From Lingula anatina (lineage: Eukaryota; Animalia; Brachiopoda), in contig CM120643.1 in NCBI GenBank assembly GCA_051362555.1, positions 26,602,848-26,666,847 of the forward strand: a stretch of 64,000 nt of DNA. The letters are read 5' to 3'. Below are positions 60,713 to 64,000 of this stretch, in pieces (the first letter of the stretch is position 1; each line of letters begins with the position of its first letter). The position numbers were made by a program, and so were the translations under genes. The notes under the pieces are model-generated. The model saw nothing but the letters and a program-made list of their open reading frames with translations, searched no databases and was not told the DNA's origin.

Positions 60713-61212
60713 GTAAGTTCACTTCAGGACAATCTTAGGCAAGAAATGGACTGTAATATATCTTTCAATAAAGAAATCCTTAAGCAAAGTTAGAAAATGT
60801 AGTATAGGTGGCACCAGGTTGCAAGATAACCACTCTGCTAGGATTTGAAGTTCAAGGAGCTAAAGAACAGACTTGTAAAGAGAATGAAGCAGTCACTTTG
60901 AGTGTCAGTAATACAGATGTAGTTGAGGTACAGGTTTTTTTCTTCAGTCAATAGCACATTATAAACCTTATTCCTTGAAGAAGGTGAACAGACACAGACT
61001 GAATTATTTGAGGAGACATTGCTCCGATTTTAGCTTGTGGTTGAAGAAAGTTACATAGTAACTGTCATAAAGTGGTATAATGTTGCTTTGTGTCTTCACT
61101 TTAAAAGAAACAGGAATTCCTGTGTACAATGTTTGGGAGGAAAGAATGAAGTTGTGTTTGTTGGTTAGAAATATAAAAGAAATACTGCACACACAAAAAG
61201 GGTTAAAATCAT

Positions 61213-64000
61213 TTTTATGTACAGACACAGATGTGTCTGTACATATAGCCAATATCTGCGTCTGTCGTCGCCGTCGTCGCCGTCGTGCACTTTCACCGAT
61301 AACACGATAAGTGAAGAACCGTTTTTTCTTTTGGCTTGAAACCTGCAGAACTGATGAATATTCATAATACGCAGGTCGAGTTCGAAAATCAGCATGATGG
61401 GGTGACTTGTAGGGAAGTTATGCTGTTTTTTCACTTTTTTCAGCATATATGCAGCACCGATAACACTTTTTGGCTTGAAACTTACAAAACTGATGAATAT
61501 GCATAATCCGCAGGTCAAGTTCGAAAATCAGCATGATCAGGCCAGTTTTAGGGGAGTTATGCTGTTTTTTCACTTTTTTCAACATATATGCAACACTGAT
61601 AACACAATATAAGAAAAACAGATTGGCCAATTGTCATTATACTCACAGGAGTGGTCAATCTTACTAAAACGCAGGTAGAGTTCAAAAATCAGCATAATTG
61701 GGCCATTATTTTAGAAGTTGTGCTGTTTTTTCACATTTCCTCTTGATTCAATTCTTAGGCATGTTAACAATCTCATTATTTAACTAATAAGATACGTAAA
61801 AGTGTTTGTTTGATATTTCCTGCATCTTTACAACATTGTTAGTTGATTATGTAAAAATGATGGTAAACTTGTTATCGTGTATTGTGTAATAAAGTGTCAA
61901 AAATGGAAATAAACTCATATCATTGCAGTTTGTTAGATTCAATCATCCACTATGTTCAGAATCTCAGAATGGAGGGAATTGGACATTTAACACTGTTCTA
62001 TTGATATTTTTCCCATCTCATCAATTTTCTTAGTTGGTCATATAAAAATGGCAGTAAACTGTTTATTTTGCTTTATGTTAAAAAAAGTGTTATCCCGCCG
62101 CGTAATTACTGGCAGCGCGAGCCAGTTACTTATAGTAACTTATAGTAACTGGCTCGCGCTGCCAGTAATTACGCCGCGGGACATTAAGGGCAAAGAGCGT
62201 GATCATAAGACATACCGCGAATAGAAAATAGAATTTAGAAAATAGACATTGCATGTGAACGAAGCCTTACTGTTCTCAAACTTACAGGAAAGAAACATGG
62301 GTCTAAAATACAGCTTCAGTAGACAATGCAGTCTGTTTGGTAATTTTTTCTGGCAATTAAACAGTTTTTTGTGATAATTTAATTTTTCACTTATTGGCAT
62401 TTTCAAGGTGTGACTTTGAAGTTCCATGATCCTGAAGACCTTTGCTTGTCACGTTTTCTAAATGTCCATGTTACTAATATTCTATTATTAAAAATTGATG
62501 GTCATCATGTTGTTAAACATTATGTAATGTTGCATCAAAATTTGAAGAAACCCCTATTTTGGGCACTGCTCCCATGATGACCATTTAAGGAAAATCATGT
62601 CACTTAGGCTTCGTTCACATGCAATGTCTATTTTCTAAATTCTATTTTCTATTCGCGCTATCTTATGATCACGGTCTGTGCCCTGAATATCCCGCCGCGT
62701 AATTACTGGCAGCACGAGCCAGTTACTTATAGTAACTTATAGTAACTGGCTCGCGCTGCCAGTAATTACGCCGCGGGACATTAAGGGCACAGAGTGTGAT
62801 CATTAGACATACCGCGAATAGAAAATAGAATTTAGAAAATAGACATTGCATGTGAACGAAGCCTTACTGTTCTCAAACTTACAGGAAAGAAACATGGGTC
62901 TAAAATACAGCTTCAGTAGACAATGCAGTCTGTTTGGTAATTTTTTCTGGCAATTAAACAGTTTTTTGTGATAATTTAATTTTTCACTTATTGGCATTTT
63001 CAAGGTGTGACTTTGAAGTTCCATGATCCTGAAGACCTTTGCTTGTCACATTTTCTGAATGTCCATGTTACTAATATTCTATTATTAAAAATTGATGGTC
63101 ATTATGCTGTTAAGCATTATGTAATGTTGCATCAAAATAGAAGAAAGGACAATTTTTGGTGCTGCTGCCATGATGACCTTTATGGGAAAACCGTGTTACT
63201 TATGACTGTCAAACCTTTAAAAAAGGAACACTGGACTAAAATGCAGCCTGAGTTGGAAAAGCAGGCTTATTGGCTTCTTTTTCTGGAAGTTATACATTTG
63301 AGTGAAATATTTATTATCTCTTTGGCATATTCATTGTGGGACTCGGAGCTCCCATAGACATGAAGTCGAATGGTAATCAAATTTTCTACATGTCCATGCT
63401 ATTTATAGTCAATAATCAAAAATTGGTGATAATTATTCTGTAATTTATTATGTAATGGTACACAAAAATTGACAACAATTTTTTTGCACTGCTACTGCAA
63501 ACATTATGAAAAGAAAACTGTGTAACTTATTATTATTTTTAACTTACAAGTATGATTTTTAGGATAGTCATGTAGTTCAAATTAGAAAGCCAGGTCAATT
63601 GGGTTATCATTTATTATTGAATTTATGCAATTTTGTGTGAAAATTTCATTTTTCTCATTCTGGCACTTTCTAAGTATAAACTTGAATTTTGATGGGCCTG
63701 AAGCCTTATGCTTTTACTTTTGTTGGTGTTACCTGTTGTGCATAATTAAAATTTGATGTTGACTGTGCAGTTAAACATAATGTATTATTGCATCAGATTT
63801 GGTAGTCACCTATTTTGTGCATTATTGTTTTGTGCTTTTCTTAAGATGTGACTTATGGGCCTGAAAGACCTTTGAGAGGGTCAGTCTATAAATTTCCCTT
63901 GGGTATCACTTTGCTAAGTTATAAAATCATTTGCCTAATTAATAGGCCATTAAATGAGATTACATAAAGCACACTTGTTGATATTTCCCTGTAAACTGCC
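61213..64000 (+). mobile_element. HINE/Helentron-like repeat, third copy, opposite orientation, in a PEPD intron
   Basis: Starts TTTTTATGTACAGACACAGATGTGTCTGTACAT followed by (CGTCGC)n; reverse complement of 37430-39720. Confidence 0.8.
62607..62863. mobile_element. PIF/Harbinger-type palindromic MITE (truncated duplicate at ~62091-62265)
   Basis: TTA|GGCTTCGTTCACATGC...GCATGTGAACGAAGCC|TTA. The empty site CATGTCACTTACTGTTCTC is present in the paralogous repeat at ~38551-38569. Confidence 0.9.

Overview
AT-rich, intron-containing animal genomic DNA, most likely from an invertebrate (inferred from gene structure and repeat types; the species cannot be determined). Five spliced host genes were reconstructed by hand from GT-AG sites and reading-frame continuity. 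(1) The first exon of a BTB/kelch-like gene (-), head-to-head with (2) an SNX20/21-like sorting nexin (+). (3) A 10-exon, ~1213-aa gene (-) encoding a mitochondrial-type presequence, two tandem HAD phosphatase domains and a complete choline dehydrogenase. (4) A 20-exon, ~1081-aa gene (-) encoding CARD, a Q/P/G/Y low-complexity linker, an IRAK4-like kinase, a RING finger and a caspase in one frame-consistent chain, head-to-head with (5) the 5' end of prolidase PEPD (+). Introns hold many transposons: a young BEL/Pao LTR element, a foldback TIR element, Helentron/HINE-like repeats, nested TTAA elements, Harbinger-type MITEs and an RTE LINE tail. The best candidates for undescribed biology are the CARD-kinase-RING-caspase fusion, which has a 17-copy array of decoy splice acceptors directly before its caspase module, and the HAD-HAD-CHDH fusion. 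All exon models are manual and have no transcript support.
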